This document shows positions 21,620-32,031 of a stretch of DNA of 64,000 nucleotides, one piece after another. The notes under the pieces were generated by a model, which saw only the letters and a program-made list of their open reading frames with translations, was not told the origin of the DNA and did no database searches. A program made the translations under genes and the position numbers. The number at the start of each line of letters is the position of its first letter. Positions within the stretch are counted from its first letter, which is position 1. Source of the DNA: Promethearchaeota archaeon (lineage in GTDB: Archaea > Asgardarchaeota > Lokiarchaeia > Sigyniarchaeales > SOKP01); the NCBI GenBank assembly GCA_048937405.1, contig JBHLNF010000002.1, forward strand, positions 96,001-160,000, written 5' to 3'.

Positions 21620-23878
21620 TTATATTGCTTCTGGAATTGATAATATAAAATTACTTCCCTTTGAAAAATCTCCTTTAACACGATCCTCAACTCTAATTTT
21701 TGCTTTATAAGAATCTAAAATTCTCTTTACAAGCAAAAGTCCCAATCCAATACCTGAAGGAGTTCCTTCTTTTTTATATTCTCTACTAAAAATTAGTTGT
21801 TTCATTGAATCTGGAATACCTATACCATTATCTATAAATTCAAATTTAATGAATTGAATTCCATTTAACGTTTCCTCAGAGATTTTAATAATAACCTCAA
21901 CAAAAGGATTATTATTATGCTGGATAGCATTAGTAAGAATATTAACAAAAACATCTTTCAACAATTCATTCGCTTTTACAAAATAATTTTCTTTAGCTGA
22001 ATCAATTTTGATCTCAATTTTTTTCTGAGTAAAGTTATTTTTGACTGAATTAAATGATTCTATTAATATGTTGAAGGTGTTAATTGAAAATAAAGAACTA
22101 AATAACTCATCAGTTTTAGAAAGCTCTTGAACATTTGCTACTAACATTTTCCCTCTGATTACTTGTTCATAAATAAGATTTATAATTTCTTCAAGAGATT
22201 GTTTTCTGTGGGGATTAGCAGAAAATATTTTAACTAACTCTACAGATGTTAAGATGTTTTGCATTATGTTATTAATGTCATGAGTAAAAACATCTTTATA
22301 TAAATTACTGCGATTAAAAGCACTACGATACTTTTCCTCTGATTCTTTCAATTTTTTATTAGCATTTACACGTTCAGTTATATCCTTTACGTATTCAATT
22401 ACGCCAATTACTTTATTATCTTGTTGTTTTAAGGGAAATGAAGTAAGTTCAATCCAACCTATAGGATTCTCTTCAGAAGGATAAGGTACCGTTGAAATAT
22501 GCTTTTGTCCTGATTCTAATGTTAATATTGAAGGACACCATGGACATGGTAATTTTCTTTTTTGGTATATATCATAACATTTTTTTCCAATTAATCCTCC
22601 ATCACGATCATACATTTCTTGCATCCAATAATTTACACGTATAATGTTTAAATCCTTATCGAGAATACTTAATCCATCCTGCATTCCATCAAAAATATTC
22701 TGGAGGAATTTTTCATTTTTTTTTAATTCTTCTTCAGCAATTTTACGTTCATTAATGTCTCTGGTAATCATAAGAATTTTTACTTTACCGTCATTATCTA
22801 TAAATGTCTTACCATTTGTTTCTGTCCAAATATAATGACCATCTTTATGAGCAATCCTGGCTACAACAAAACCTTCTCCTTGTTTGAATGTGCTTCTCAT
22901 TACCTTAATTACCTTTTCTCTATCTTCTGGATGGACTAATTCAAATACATTTTTATTTCCAAGATCTTTATATGAATAACCCATTACTTTTTTATGAATT
23001 TTTTCATTAATATATTCAATTATACCCATTTCATTCACAACTGAAATTAAATCATTAAGATTCTCAGTAAGAAGTCGATATTTTTCCTCAGATTTTTTTA
23101 AATTCTCTTCCACTTTTTTACGATGTGTAATATCTAAGGCAGTGAATGTAACTCCCGCAGTCAGATCATTCGGATTAATTGGAGCTGATCTTATTAAAAC
23201 ATCAATTATTTTTCCATCTTTTCGTTTAAACTTGATCTCACCCATACCAATTCCATGATTTTGCATTTGATTATATTTATCTCTACCAACATATTCGTAA
23301 TCTTCATCTGTAACATATAGCATTCTAGCACTCCTACCAAGGAGCTCATCACGGGTATAACCAACGAGTTCACAAAACTGGGTATTTACCTGAACAAATA
23401 TACGATTAATAACAACTCCTATACCTGTAGGTGTTGTTTTAAAAATACTTTCTAAAGTCGCCTGATGATCTTTTAATATTTTTTCTGCTTGTTTGCGTTC
23501 AGAAATATCCTCACCTGAACTGAGGGTACCTATAATATTCATAGCTCCATCATATAAAACGCTATTATGCCATGCTATAACCTTCTCTTCTCCTTTTTTT
23601 GTAACTATAGGATTTTCAAAAAACTCTACGGCCTTCATCTCTCCCTTCATTATTTTTTGGAATACCCTTGACACCTGATCTTTTAAACGAGGAGGAATAC
23701 ATTTTTCAAACCAATTTTGGCCAATTAATTCTCCCTCTTTATATTCAAGAACTTCATATCCTTTTTTATTTAATAATGTAATCTCTCCATTCCTATTGAG
23801 AGCAATAATAATAACTCCTACTAAATCTAAATATAATTCTGCTTGGATATGCTCCAAATACTGATGAAATTCACTCAT
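21620..23878 (-). CDS. Multi-PAS sensor histidine kinase (paralog of 1..1419)
   Basis: Four PAS domains, FTHDINNIMQ H-box, DNGIG, GIGLGL. Confidence 0.92.
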   Translation of the reverse strand: MSEFHQYLEHIQAELYLDLVGVIIIALNRNGEITLLNKKGYEVLEYKEGELIGQNWFEKCIPPRLKDQVSRVFQKIMKGEMKAVEFFENPIVTKKGEEKVIAWHNSVLYDGAMNIIGTLSSGEDISERKQAEKILKDHQATLESIFKTTPTGIGVVINRIFVQVNTQFCELVGYTRDELLGRSARMLYVTDEDYEYVGRDKYNQMQNHGIGMGEIKFKRKDGKIIDVLIRSAPINPNDLTAGVTFTALDITHRKKVEENLKKSEEKYRLLTENLNDLISVVNEMGIIEYINEKIHKKVMGYSYKDLGNKNVFELVHPEDREKVIKVMRSTFKQGEGFVVARIAHKDGHYIWTETNGKTFIDNDGKVKILMITRDINERKIAEEELKKNEKFLQNIFDGMQDGLSILDKDLNIIRVNYWMQEMYDRDGGLIGKKCYDIYQKRKLPCPWCPSILTLESGQKHISTVPYPSEENPIGWIELTSFPLKQQDNKVIGVIEYVKDITERVNANKKLKESEEKYRSAFNRSNLYKDVFTHDINNIMQNILTSVELVKIFSANPHRKQSLEEIINLIYEQVIRGKMLVANVQELSKTDELFSSLFSINTFNILIESFNSVKNNFTQKKIEIKIDSAKENYFVKANELLKDVFVNILTNAIQHNNNPFVEVIIKISEETLNGIQFIKFEFIDNGIGIPDSMKQLIFSREYKKEGTPSGIGLGLLLVKRILDSYKAKIRVEDRVKGDFSKGSNFILSIPEAI

Positions 23879-24159
23879 ATTAGAATAATCGCCCCTTCTA
23901 TTTTTTTTAAATTAACAAAAATGTAAAAAATAATTTCTATACCATATCAAATAAAAAAATCTTGATATTTAAGATTATTTATAAAAAAAAAAAATGAGTA
24001 TAAGGTTATGAAATCTTCACTATATTCTATAAAGAATAAAATAGTTTTCATTAAATACACGTGATTTAATTTTGTCATAATCTTATTAATAAGTTTTATA
24101 TATTATTTATACTAATTAATGCTTTAGCTATTCATAAAAAATATTTAGATGAATTATTT

Positions 24160-25059
24160 ATGTCTGGAATTGAAAAATTAAAAAATGTAATCACTGCAAT
24201 GATTACACCTTTTAATGCGGATCTAATGCTTGATGAGGAGAAATATAGAGAATTTATACAATTTCAAATTAATAGTGGTTCTCAAATTTTAACTATGGGT
24301 ACAACCGGAGAGAGTGCTACAATGTCACATGAAGAACACCATATGGCAATGGATATTGCTGTTGATGAAGCTAAAAAGAGTAATAAAAATCCTTTTGTTT
24401 TAGCAGGAACTGGTAGTAATTCTACGAAAGAAGCAATTTCCTTATCCCAATATGCTGAAAAAGCAGGAGTTAATGGTGTTTTGATTGTTGTTCCCTATTA
24501 TAATAAACCAGTTCAGCATAGTTTGATAGATCATTTTTCAGCTATTGCAGATTCTATCTCTATTCCTATAATTTTGTATAATGTTCCGAGTCGTACAGGA
24601 AGAAATTTGGAACCTGATACAATTTCAAAATTAGCTTACTCAAAAGACAACATAGTTGGAATAAAATGTGCTAGTGGAGATATTGACCAAATAACTAAAA
24701 TTATTAAAACCACTCCAGATGATTTTATTGTATTAAGTGGAGATGATAGTATGACTTATCATATTATGGCACTAGGAGGAAAAGGAGTTATAAGTGTTGC
24801 TTCTAATATTATTCCATCAAGGTTGGTTGAATTTACAAACAGTATGCTTAATAACGACTGGATAAAAGCAAGAAAGATGCAACTAGATTTATATGATTTA
24901 TTCAAAGTTCTATTCGTTGAAACTAATCCTGGTCCAGTAAAATATGCCGCTGAAATTATGGGTTTAATGGATAAAAGAATGAGATTACCAATGACTCCTC
25001 CATTAGAAGAGAATCAAAAGAAAATAAAAAATGTTTTACAGAATTTAAATCTAATTTAA
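24160..25059 (+). CDS. dapA: 4-hydroxy-tetrahydrodipicolinate synthase
   Basis: GTTGES, PYYNKP, LYNVPSRTG, GIK, LSGDD, ETNPGPVK. Confidence 0.95.
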   Translation: MSGIEKLKNVITAMITPFNADLMLDEEKYREFIQFQINSGSQILTMGTTGESATMSHEEHHMAMDIAVDEAKKSNKNPFVLAGTGSNSTKEAISLSQYAEKAGVNGVLIVVPYYNKPVQHSLIDHFSAIADSISIPIILYNVPSRTGRNLEPDTISKLAYSKDNIVGIKCASGDIDQITKIIKTTPDDFIVLSGDDSMTYHIMALGGKGVISVASNIIPSRLVEFTNSMLNNDWIKARKMQLDLYDLFKVLFVETNPGPVKYAAEIMGLMDKRMRLPMTPPLEENQKKIKNVLQNLNLI

Positions 25060-25079
25060 TTAATACCTGAGGTTTAAAT

Positions 25080-25901
25080 ATGATAAAATTATTGATCATA
25101 GGACCGACAGGCTCAATGGGGATGTTAATCAGTAGATTAGCATTAAAAGATAATGAGATTGAAATTGTTGCAGCTTGTGACGTAGAAAGTATTGGAAAGG
25201 AATTAGGTATAGTCATAGGAACAAACGATCCAAACAAGATCAGCATTACTGATATAAATAATCTTCAAAAAATTATTGATGAAACCCACCCTGATGTGGC
25301 AGTAGATTTTACTATAGCAAAAGCTACTGAAAAAAATTGTATGATATGTGTTGAGAACGGAATTAGATGTGTTATTGGCACAACAGCAATGTCGGAGGAA
25401 TTTCTTTCTAAATTTGAAGAACTTGTAGTACAAAAAAAAGCACCAGCAGTTATATCTCCTAATATGGCTACAGGTGTTAACATTTTCTTCAAAATGGCTT
25501 CAATATTAACAAATTATTTATCTGAATGGGATATTGAAGTGATTGAAAGTCATCATCATCGTAAGGTAGACGTACCCTCTGGGACAGCAATGAAGATTGC
25601 AAATATAATCTGTGATACTCTTGGTTGTAATCCAGAAGAAACTATAAAATTCGGACGTTCAAAAGGACCTAATAAAAGGAAAGTGGGTGCTAAGAACGAA
25701 ATAGGAGTACATGCTATTCGTGGAGGTGATATTGTAGGAGATCATACTGTTTTATATGCTGGTCCTGGAGAAAGAATTGAATTAAAACATCAAGCTCACA
25801 GTCGAGAATGTTTTGCTGATGGTTCTATTAAAGCAATAAAATTTATAGCAAAAGCAAAAGAAAATAAGATTTACTCCACAAGTGAAGTTCTCGGGTTATA
25901 A
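25080..25901 (+). CDS. dapB: 4-hydroxy-tetrahydrodipicolinate reductase
   Basis: GPTGSMG, DFT, VIGTT, ESHHHRKVDVPSGTA, IRGGDIVGDH. Confidence 0.95.
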   Translation: MIKLLIIGPTGSMGMLISRLALKDNEIEIVAACDVESIGKELGIVIGTNDPNKISITDINNLQKIIDETHPDVAVDFTIAKATEKNCMICVENGIRCVIGTTAMSEEFLSKFEELVVQKKAPAVISPNMATGVNIFFKMASILTNYLSEWDIEVIESHHHRKVDVPSGTAMKIANIICDTLGCNPEETIKFGRSKGPNKRKVGAKNEIGVHAIRGGDIVGDHTVLYAGPGERIELKHQAHSRECFADGSIKAIKFIAKAKENKIYSTSEVLGL

Positions 25902-25953
25902 CTAATAATTTTCTTAGAAAAAATCTTGTATATAAGATGAAATTCTAAAAAAG

Positions 25954-26506
25954 ATCAGTACTGATCAGTATTTCCATTTATCAACTCGCAAATTTCTCAT
26001 TATAAACCAAGAAAATCAGAATTACTCCGGAGAATATTAATGTTAATATATAATAAGAACAAAACTGCATTATGACAAATCCAATTAAAACATAAAATAA
26101 ACCAATATAACCTATAATGGGTTTATTTATATTTTCTTTAATACTAAGATAAAGCCCAATAATACTTTCAAAAAACCCTAATATCAAAAAGGGTAAAATA
26201 AATATGGAATATAAATCAACCCATCCTTCCATACTTAATGCTATAGGCACCAATATGAAGAAATAAATTATAACATTTAAAAAACCGATAAATATAATTA
26301 ATATACCAATTTTGATGTACCTTATAAAGTGATCACCTTTAAAACAATAATTTCGGATATTCTTTAGTATATTGATGATAATCTAATTTATAAAATAGTT
26401 TATTTGTATATTTTTTTATCAAAAGAAAAAATTATGGAAAGTAGACTATTTCTTCATGAAAGTAATGAGATAAAATTATAAATTATTATCAGTGCAGATC
26501 AGTATT
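25954..26506. repeat. 19-bp imperfect direct repeats (25954-25972 and 26488-26506) flanking a single small gene
   Basis: ATCAGTACTGATCAGTATT versus ATCAGTGCAGATCAGTATT (17/19 identical); the left copy overlaps the perfect palindrome GATCAGTACTGATC (25953-25966). Confidence 0.6.
25981..26325 (-). CDS. Small multi-TM membrane protein; probable ATA start
   Basis: Hydrophobic ORF that extends in frame upstream of TTG 26253 to ATA 26325, 7 nt after GGTGA. Confidence 0.6.
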   Translation of the reverse strand: MRYIKIGILIIFIGFLNVIIYFFILVPIALSMEGWVDLYSIFILPFLILGFFESIIGLYLSIKENINKPIIGYIGLFYVLIGFVIMQFCSYYILTLIFSGVILIFLVYNEKFAS

Positions 26507-26678
26507 ATCATTAATCTTCTTAGTTTAGGAACTAAATGTTGATTTCATAACGCCAACACTTCATCGAGAGTATTAAAGGGTATCCAAGCCTTAATATTCC
26601 CACTTTTTATAATTTTATCTCAATATTAAAATAATAGATTAAAATTTTAATTTTATTGTTTCAAATAACGAAATGATA

Positions 26679-27992
26679 CTATTTTAGATACTCGGGAACT
26701 GATTGTGTCCTCAGTAAATCATCAAAAGTTTCTTCTCTACGGATTTTAAAAGTTTTTCCATCATTTATCAAAATCTCTGCGGGTCTGGGTCTTGAATTAT
26801 ATGGACTGCTCATAGTAAAACCATATGCACCAGCATCTAATATTGCTAGGTAATCTCCCTCATTTAATTCTGGTAAATCTCGTTCTTTACCGAGCACATC
26901 TCCAGATTCACATATTGGACCGACAATATCGTATTTTGAAATTTCTTTTTTATCCCTTTCTTTGCATGGAACTATGTGATGATATGATCCATATAAAGTC
27001 GGACGAATCAGTGTATTAAATCCGGCATCTATTCCTGCAAATAATTTGAATCCATTATCTTTTATAGTATTAATCTGTGTTAGAATAATGCTTGATTCAG
27101 CAGAAATATACCGACCAGGTTCAATATATAGAAACGGTTCTCCAATATCGGCTTTTTCAACTAATGCTTTAAAATTTTGCAATACAATTTCACTATACAA
27201 ATTTATATTTAATGGATTTGCATCAGGTTGATAGGGAATACCAAGACCACCACCAAAATCAACAAATTCAAAATAAATACCCAATTCCCTTCCTATTTTT
27301 TCTACCACTGAAAGAAATTTTTCGATAGGTTTTTCATAATCTTTCGCATCAATGATTCCTGAACCAATATGCTGATGAATACCAAATTTTCTAAATCCTA
27401 ATCTCTGTGCTTCTGAATATGCTTTAATCACTTGGTTTTCTAAAATTCCAAATTTTATTTTTTTTCCTGCTGTAATTGTATGAGGATGATGACCTGCTCC
27501 AAATTCGGGATTAAATCTAAAAGAAACGATCTTCTTCTCTTTTTCTAAGCTTTCATGAATCTTAGCTAGCCTTTTTAATTGACTAAAACTATCCAAATTC
27601 ACTAGTATCTCTTGTTTTATTGCAAATTCGAAATCCTCATTTGTAAACATATTTCCCGTATAAATTATTCGATCTGGTGGAACATTTGATTTCAAACAGG
27701 TAAATATCTCACCAATTGAGGTACAATCAAAAAATGATCCTTCAGAACTTAATATTTTTAAAATAGCCAAATTAATATTCGATTTTACAGCAAAATATAT
27801 TCTGTTTTTTTTATAGACTGAATTTAATTTTTCTTTTAATTCTCGATATCTTTTACGAACCATCTGTTCATTCATGATATAAATTGGAGTTTTAAATTCT
27901 TCAGCTATTTCGATCGTATTCATATTTGCAAAGTATAATATTCCATCCCTATATTCCAAATCTTTATGTCTTAACCAATCAATATATTTCAT
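26679..27992 (-). CDS. lysA: Diaminopimelate decarboxylase
   Basis: FAVKSN PLP lysine, HIGSG, DFGGGLG, EPGR, VGPICESGD, GAYG. Confidence 0.95.
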   Translation of the reverse strand: MKYIDWLRHKDLEYRDGILYFANMNTIEIAEEFKTPIYIMNEQMVRKRYRELKEKLNSVYKKNRIYFAVKSNINLAILKILSSEGSFFDCTSIGEIFTCLKSNVPPDRIIYTGNMFTNEDFEFAIKQEILVNLDSFSQLKRLAKIHESLEKEKKIVSFRFNPEFGAGHHPHTITAGKKIKFGILENQVIKAYSEAQRLGFRKFGIHQHIGSGIIDAKDYEKPIEKFLSVVEKIGRELGIYFEFVDFGGGLGIPYQPDANPLNINLYSEIVLQNFKALVEKADIGEPFLYIEPGRYISAESSIILTQINTIKDNGFKLFAGIDAGFNTLIRPTLYGSYHHIVPCKERDKKEISKYDIVGPICESGDVLGKERDLPELNEGDYLAILDAGAYGFTMSSPYNSRPRPAEILINDGKTFKIRREETFDDLLRTQSVPEYLK

Positions 27993-28048
27993 AATTTCAA
28001 TAAAATGGTATATAATTCTTATTTAATATAAATTTATAATTTATATCT

Positions 28049-28921
28049 TTAAATTTCAATACTCGCTATATTCCCATCAAAAACTTTTTCAGCTGGACCT
28101 TCCATGAAAACAGTTCTCCCAGTATATGTGATTTTCAAATCCCCTCCGTCATTATGCACAATTATTGGTATATTTTTATTAAAAAGACCTAATATCGAAC
28201 CCGCTACAACACTAGCACAAGCTCCTGTTCCACATGATTTAGTAATACCTACACCTCTTTCAAATACTCGTACTATACTCTCTTCTTTGGAAATTACTTT
28301 CACAAATTCAACATTTGTTTTATTTGGAAAATGACGATTAGATTCTATTGCTGCTCCATACATATTCAATTTTTCATCATCAATATCTTCTTCAATAAAG
28401 ATAATGGCATGTGGATTTCCCATTGAGACGGCTGTAAAATTAAATATTTTATCTAAAACAACTAGCGGTTCATTAACACATCGATCTACTTTGCTTTCTA
28501 AAAGTACAGGGATTTCTTCACAATTCAAAATTGGTGGTCCCATATCAATTTCTACAGTTTTAACTTTGTTATTAACAACCGTGAGTTTAGCAACCATTAT
28601 TCCTTTGAGAGTCTCGATTTTAATCTTATCTTTCTTAACGATATTATTTTCATAGACATATTTTGAAAAGCACCTTATTCCATTTCCACACATCTCTGCT
28701 TCTGATCCGTCGTTGTTAAATATTCTCATTTTTACATCAGCATTTTGAGAGGTACATACAAAAATTAACCCATCTGCTCCGACTGAAAAATGAATTTCGC
28801 ATAATTTATGTGCTAACAAGGACCTATTATCCTCAGGAATCTCCCATTTAGAGTCATCAATGATAATATAATCATTTCCTAAGCCATGATATTTTCCAAA
28901 TTCCAAATTTTCTAATCTCAA
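28049..28921 (-). CDS. dapF: Diaminopimelate epimerase
   Basis: KYHGLGNDY, EMCGNGIRC, MGNPH, ERGVGITKSCGTG. Confidence 0.96.
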   Translation of the reverse strand: MRLENLEFGKYHGLGNDYIIIDDSKWEIPEDNRSLLAHKLCEIHFSVGADGLIFVCTSQNADVKMRIFNNDGSEAEMCGNGIRCFSKYVYENNIVKKDKIKIETLKGIMVAKLTVVNNKVKTVEIDMGPPILNCEEIPVLLESKVDRCVNEPLVVLDKIFNFTAVSMGNPHAIIFIEEDIDDEKLNMYGAAIESNRHFPNKTNVEFVKVISKEESIVRVFERGVGITKSCGTGACASVVAGSILGLFNKNIPIIVHNDGGDLKITYTGRTVFMEGPAEKVFDGNIASIEI

Positions 28922-28990
28922 TTTGAAATCATTCCGAGTATTGATTAAACTTTATTTAATTTAATAATATCAACAATAAAATTTAAATGT

Positions 28991-29018
28991 TATTTGTGTA
29001 TATATACAAATATACACA
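28991..29018. promoter_or_regulatory. Overlapping palindromes between divergent dapF and TrmB-like gene; candidate operator
   Basis: TATTTGT-N8-ACAAATA (28991-29012) overlapping TGTGTATA-N8-TATACACA (28995-29018). Confidence 0.4.
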
Positions 29019-29038
29019 TATCAATATAATTTTATTTC

Positions 29039-29956
29039 ATGAGAGAAGAGAATTTTGTTGAATTGTTAGAAAATATTGGACTAACTCATAATCAATCGTT
29101 AATCTATTTCACATTATTAAAAGCTGGGAAGAATGGAAGCATAGTACGTGAGTTAGATCATGCTACTGATATTAAAAGAACTAATATATACCCTATTTTA
29201 CATGAATTAATTGATCTTGGGTGTATTATTGAAGGGGGATATGCTGAAAAATCAAAAAATGCAACAATTTATATTGCAATTGAACCAAAAAAATTGGTTG
29301 ATCAACTCATTCAAAAAAAAAGAGATCAAATTGATCACTTACAAAGATTTAAAGAATCACATGTAAAATCATTGCAAACTATATTTCAAGAAGGCATTGA
29401 AATAATTCTTGATGATATTGATCCCATTTTGAAAAAGTATTTTGAACCACTAGTTATGACTGGTTGGAAAATACATTCCTACATTAAAAGAAAAGAGATT
29501 CCAATGCTTGATTATGAAGTCTATGACTGTATGCTCTATGCACCTCATGCTAGAGTTTTAAAAGACTGTAGCTTCCACTTGTTCATATTTGGTTATGAGA
29601 TACAAAATGATCCAAATACCCTCCAATTCTTTTCTCAAAATTTAAAGAGAAAAACGAAAGAAATAAAATCCTATTTTTTTGACATTAAACAAATTCAGTT
29701 ACTTGATGAAAAAGTTAAATTTTTCAATAATACGTTTCTAAGCTATAAAATGCTCGTTAAAACTAGTGACCTCAAGAATTCAAAATATTTTTCTGAGGAA
29801 TTAAAAGAAACTATAGATATGAAAAAAAATGAGTATTTTGAGATTGGAAAAGTAGTTATGATTCCTGCTAAGAATAAATTATTTTATTTATGGGCTGAAT
29901 CAAACCAAATTTTAAGTGAAATTATTGAACCCATAATTAGGATTGAAAAATTATGA
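29039..29956 (+). CDS. TrmB-family wHTH transcriptional regulator
   Basis: LENIGLTHNQSLIYFTLL...IKRTNIYPILHELIDLG, YIAIEP. Confidence 0.75.
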   Translation: MREENFVELLENIGLTHNQSLIYFTLLKAGKNGSIVRELDHATDIKRTNIYPILHELIDLGCIIEGGYAEKSKNATIYIAIEPKKLVDQLIQKKRDQIDHLQRFKESHVKSLQTIFQEGIEIILDDIDPILKKYFEPLVMTGWKIHSYIKRKEIPMLDYEVYDCMLYAPHARVLKDCSFHLFIFGYEIQNDPNTLQFFSQNLKRKTKEIKSYFFDIKQIQLLDEKVKFFNNTFLSYKMLVKTSDLKNSKYFSEELKETIDMKKNEYFEIGKVVMIPAKNKLFYLWAESNQILSEIIEPIIRIEKL

Positions 29957-30159
29957 TTAACCTATATATGTTTCAAGGTATTTTTTAAAATGAATATACT
30001 ATTAATAATTATTAGGTTGATAAGTTTAATCTCTATCTTCAGTATATATATCCTATTAGGATTTTTTAATCCGTAAAAAAAAATCTAAAGTGAATTTTAA
30101 TTAATATTTTTAATTATAATTTACTATATTTTTTTTAACTAGAGAATATAACATCTATT

Positions 30160-30708
30160 ATGAATAATAAAAAGATATTTGTATCACTATTTTTGTTGTT
30201 CTTATTAGTTCCAATTACTAGTGTTACAGCAGATCCAAAAATAGAGAGTTTAAAAGATGGAAATTATATTTTTTTCCTAATCGATTTAGATGAGGATAGC
30301 CACCTTGAGTTAAATATTACTCGTAGTGGAAGTGGAAATTTCACTCTTTTTTTGTTTGATTCACGACCATCAGATTCATATGTAAATGAGGATAATTCTT
30401 TAAAACCAAATATTTTCACTCAATCTAAAACAGTTGATTATAGTCTAGATGATAATCCATATATCTTTTATACTGCTAACAAAAGTAAGATATACTATAT
30501 AGAAATCATACTTGTAAGCGGTGGACCAGATGCTTTTACTTTAACATATATGAGATATTTTGCCAATTATACCAAAAATGCTAAAGAATTAATAAGATAT
30601 TATCTCCCTATCATTCCTGGCTTTCAATTTGAATATATATTGATTTCACTTATTTTTACAATAGGAGTTGCCTATATTTTTTTATCAAAGAAGAAAATTC
30701 GAAAATAA
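30160..30708 (+). CDS. Secreted protein with Loki-CTERM-like anchor
   Basis: Signal peptide; C-terminal IPGF-TM-KKKIRK. Confidence 0.75.
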   Translation: MNNKKIFVSLFLLFLLVPITSVTADPKIESLKDGNYIFFLIDLDEDSHLELNITRSGSGNFTLFLFDSRPSDSYVNEDNSLKPNIFTQSKTVDYSLDDNPYIFYTANKSKIYYIEIILVSGGPDAFTLTYMRYFANYTKNAKELIRYYLPIIPGFQFEYILISLIFTIGVAYIFLSKKKIRK

Positions 30709-30769
30709 AAAAAAATATAATCTAAATTTGTTTCCTACAGTTATTAATAATTAAAATCTAAAAAATTTC

Positions 30770-31753
30770 TTAATTACCTTCCCAGCCTGCTAATCTTGCA
30801 AAAAGATACCAACACCCATACGCTTTCAAATTAGCACTAAGAGGCTCCGAATGAACTGCTCCGCAATGATACCAATCACCACCATGATAATAATCATGAG
30901 CTGTATCTGAAGCACTTGTCATCTCAGTTTTCCCATCTACCCATTCTGTTGCCCAATTTCCTCCAACATAACTACAATCATCATTTACATTCTTATCAAG
31001 AAAATAGTTATCATCTGGATCATAACTTTCAATATCAGCAAAATCGAATAAGAATCTATTATGAGTCCTGCAGTGTTCTCGAATCATTTCATTTTGCAAA
31101 TTATTCGTTCCCCCTATTCCCTCTCCATCAACGTGACCAGTCATAAACACAAATTGTACCTCATTCGATGGATCTCTTCCTTTTGAACCTCCGGCTGAAT
31201 ACATAGCAATTAAATTTTCCATATGTTCAATATATTTTGTTACATTATGTCCCGCAATATTACACCAAGACCACATAATAACATTAGTTCCAGGATTATC
31301 CGTGTGATCTAAATATTCTTCTGTTGCTGCTGCCCACGCATCATCATTAGGATTTCCGAGGTCCTCTGCCCAAGTTGCTAAGAGAGTATCAGCAAAACCA
31401 CTATAAAAATCGAAAAACGCTAGAATTGAATCATCAGAGATCCCATCTTCACCAAATGCATAAGTACCATTACCTCCCATAAAGTATTCTAATCCCTCCA
31501 TACCATCAGTTAATTGACTTCCATGAGATGTATGTCCATAAGCAATATTAAGACTCTCTTTAGTAATATTTATCCATTCAATTGGAATAATCAATAAATC
31601 CTCCAAATGCGCATGATTATGGTTAATTATAAAAGTTCCTGAAGGTGATTGATCATTATCTTCAGATCCGCTATTTATCATCCCATAAACTATTACTCCA
31701 CCGATAGCTGCCACAAAGATTACTATTATAATAAAAATCGATTTCCCTTTCAT
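30770..31753 (-). CDS. Membrane-anchored extracellular protein, possibly SGNH-like hydrolase
   Basis: N-terminal TM; YGHTSHGSQ, MWSWC, LFDFADIESYD motifs. Confidence 0.55.
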   Translation of the reverse strand: MKGKSIFIIIVIFVAAIGGVIVYGMINSGSEDNDQSPSGTFIINHNHAHLEDLLIIPIEWINITKESLNIAYGHTSHGSQLTDGMEGLEYFMGGNGTYAFGEDGISDDSILAFFDFYSGFADTLLATWAEDLGNPNDDAWAAATEEYLDHTDNPGTNVIMWSWCNIAGHNVTKYIEHMENLIAMYSAGGSKGRDPSNEVQFVFMTGHVDGEGIGGTNNLQNEMIREHCRTHNRFLFDFADIESYDPDDNYFLDKNVNDDCSYVGGNWATEWVDGKTEMTSASDTAHDYYHGGDWYHCGAVHSEPLSANLKAYGCWYLFARLAGWEGN

Positions 31754-32031
31754 AAAATATCAGTTTTTAGCAAAATCAATTAAATTCATATTTTTAATAT
31801 ACATAATGTATCGAATATTAAAATTTAATTAAACTTCATTTAGGAATCAATTAGCATTTGTTTTTTACACATCTAAGGCTATTTCTACAAATATAGCAAG
31901 CAGAAATATCTAATGACGAAAATCGACATATATGTCTTATAAATCATTGAAGATTTCAATAAACAAATTTTATATTTTTTATAATGTTTTTTTCTACATC
32001 AATAAAAATTAAATTAAGTAAAGTGATATAA

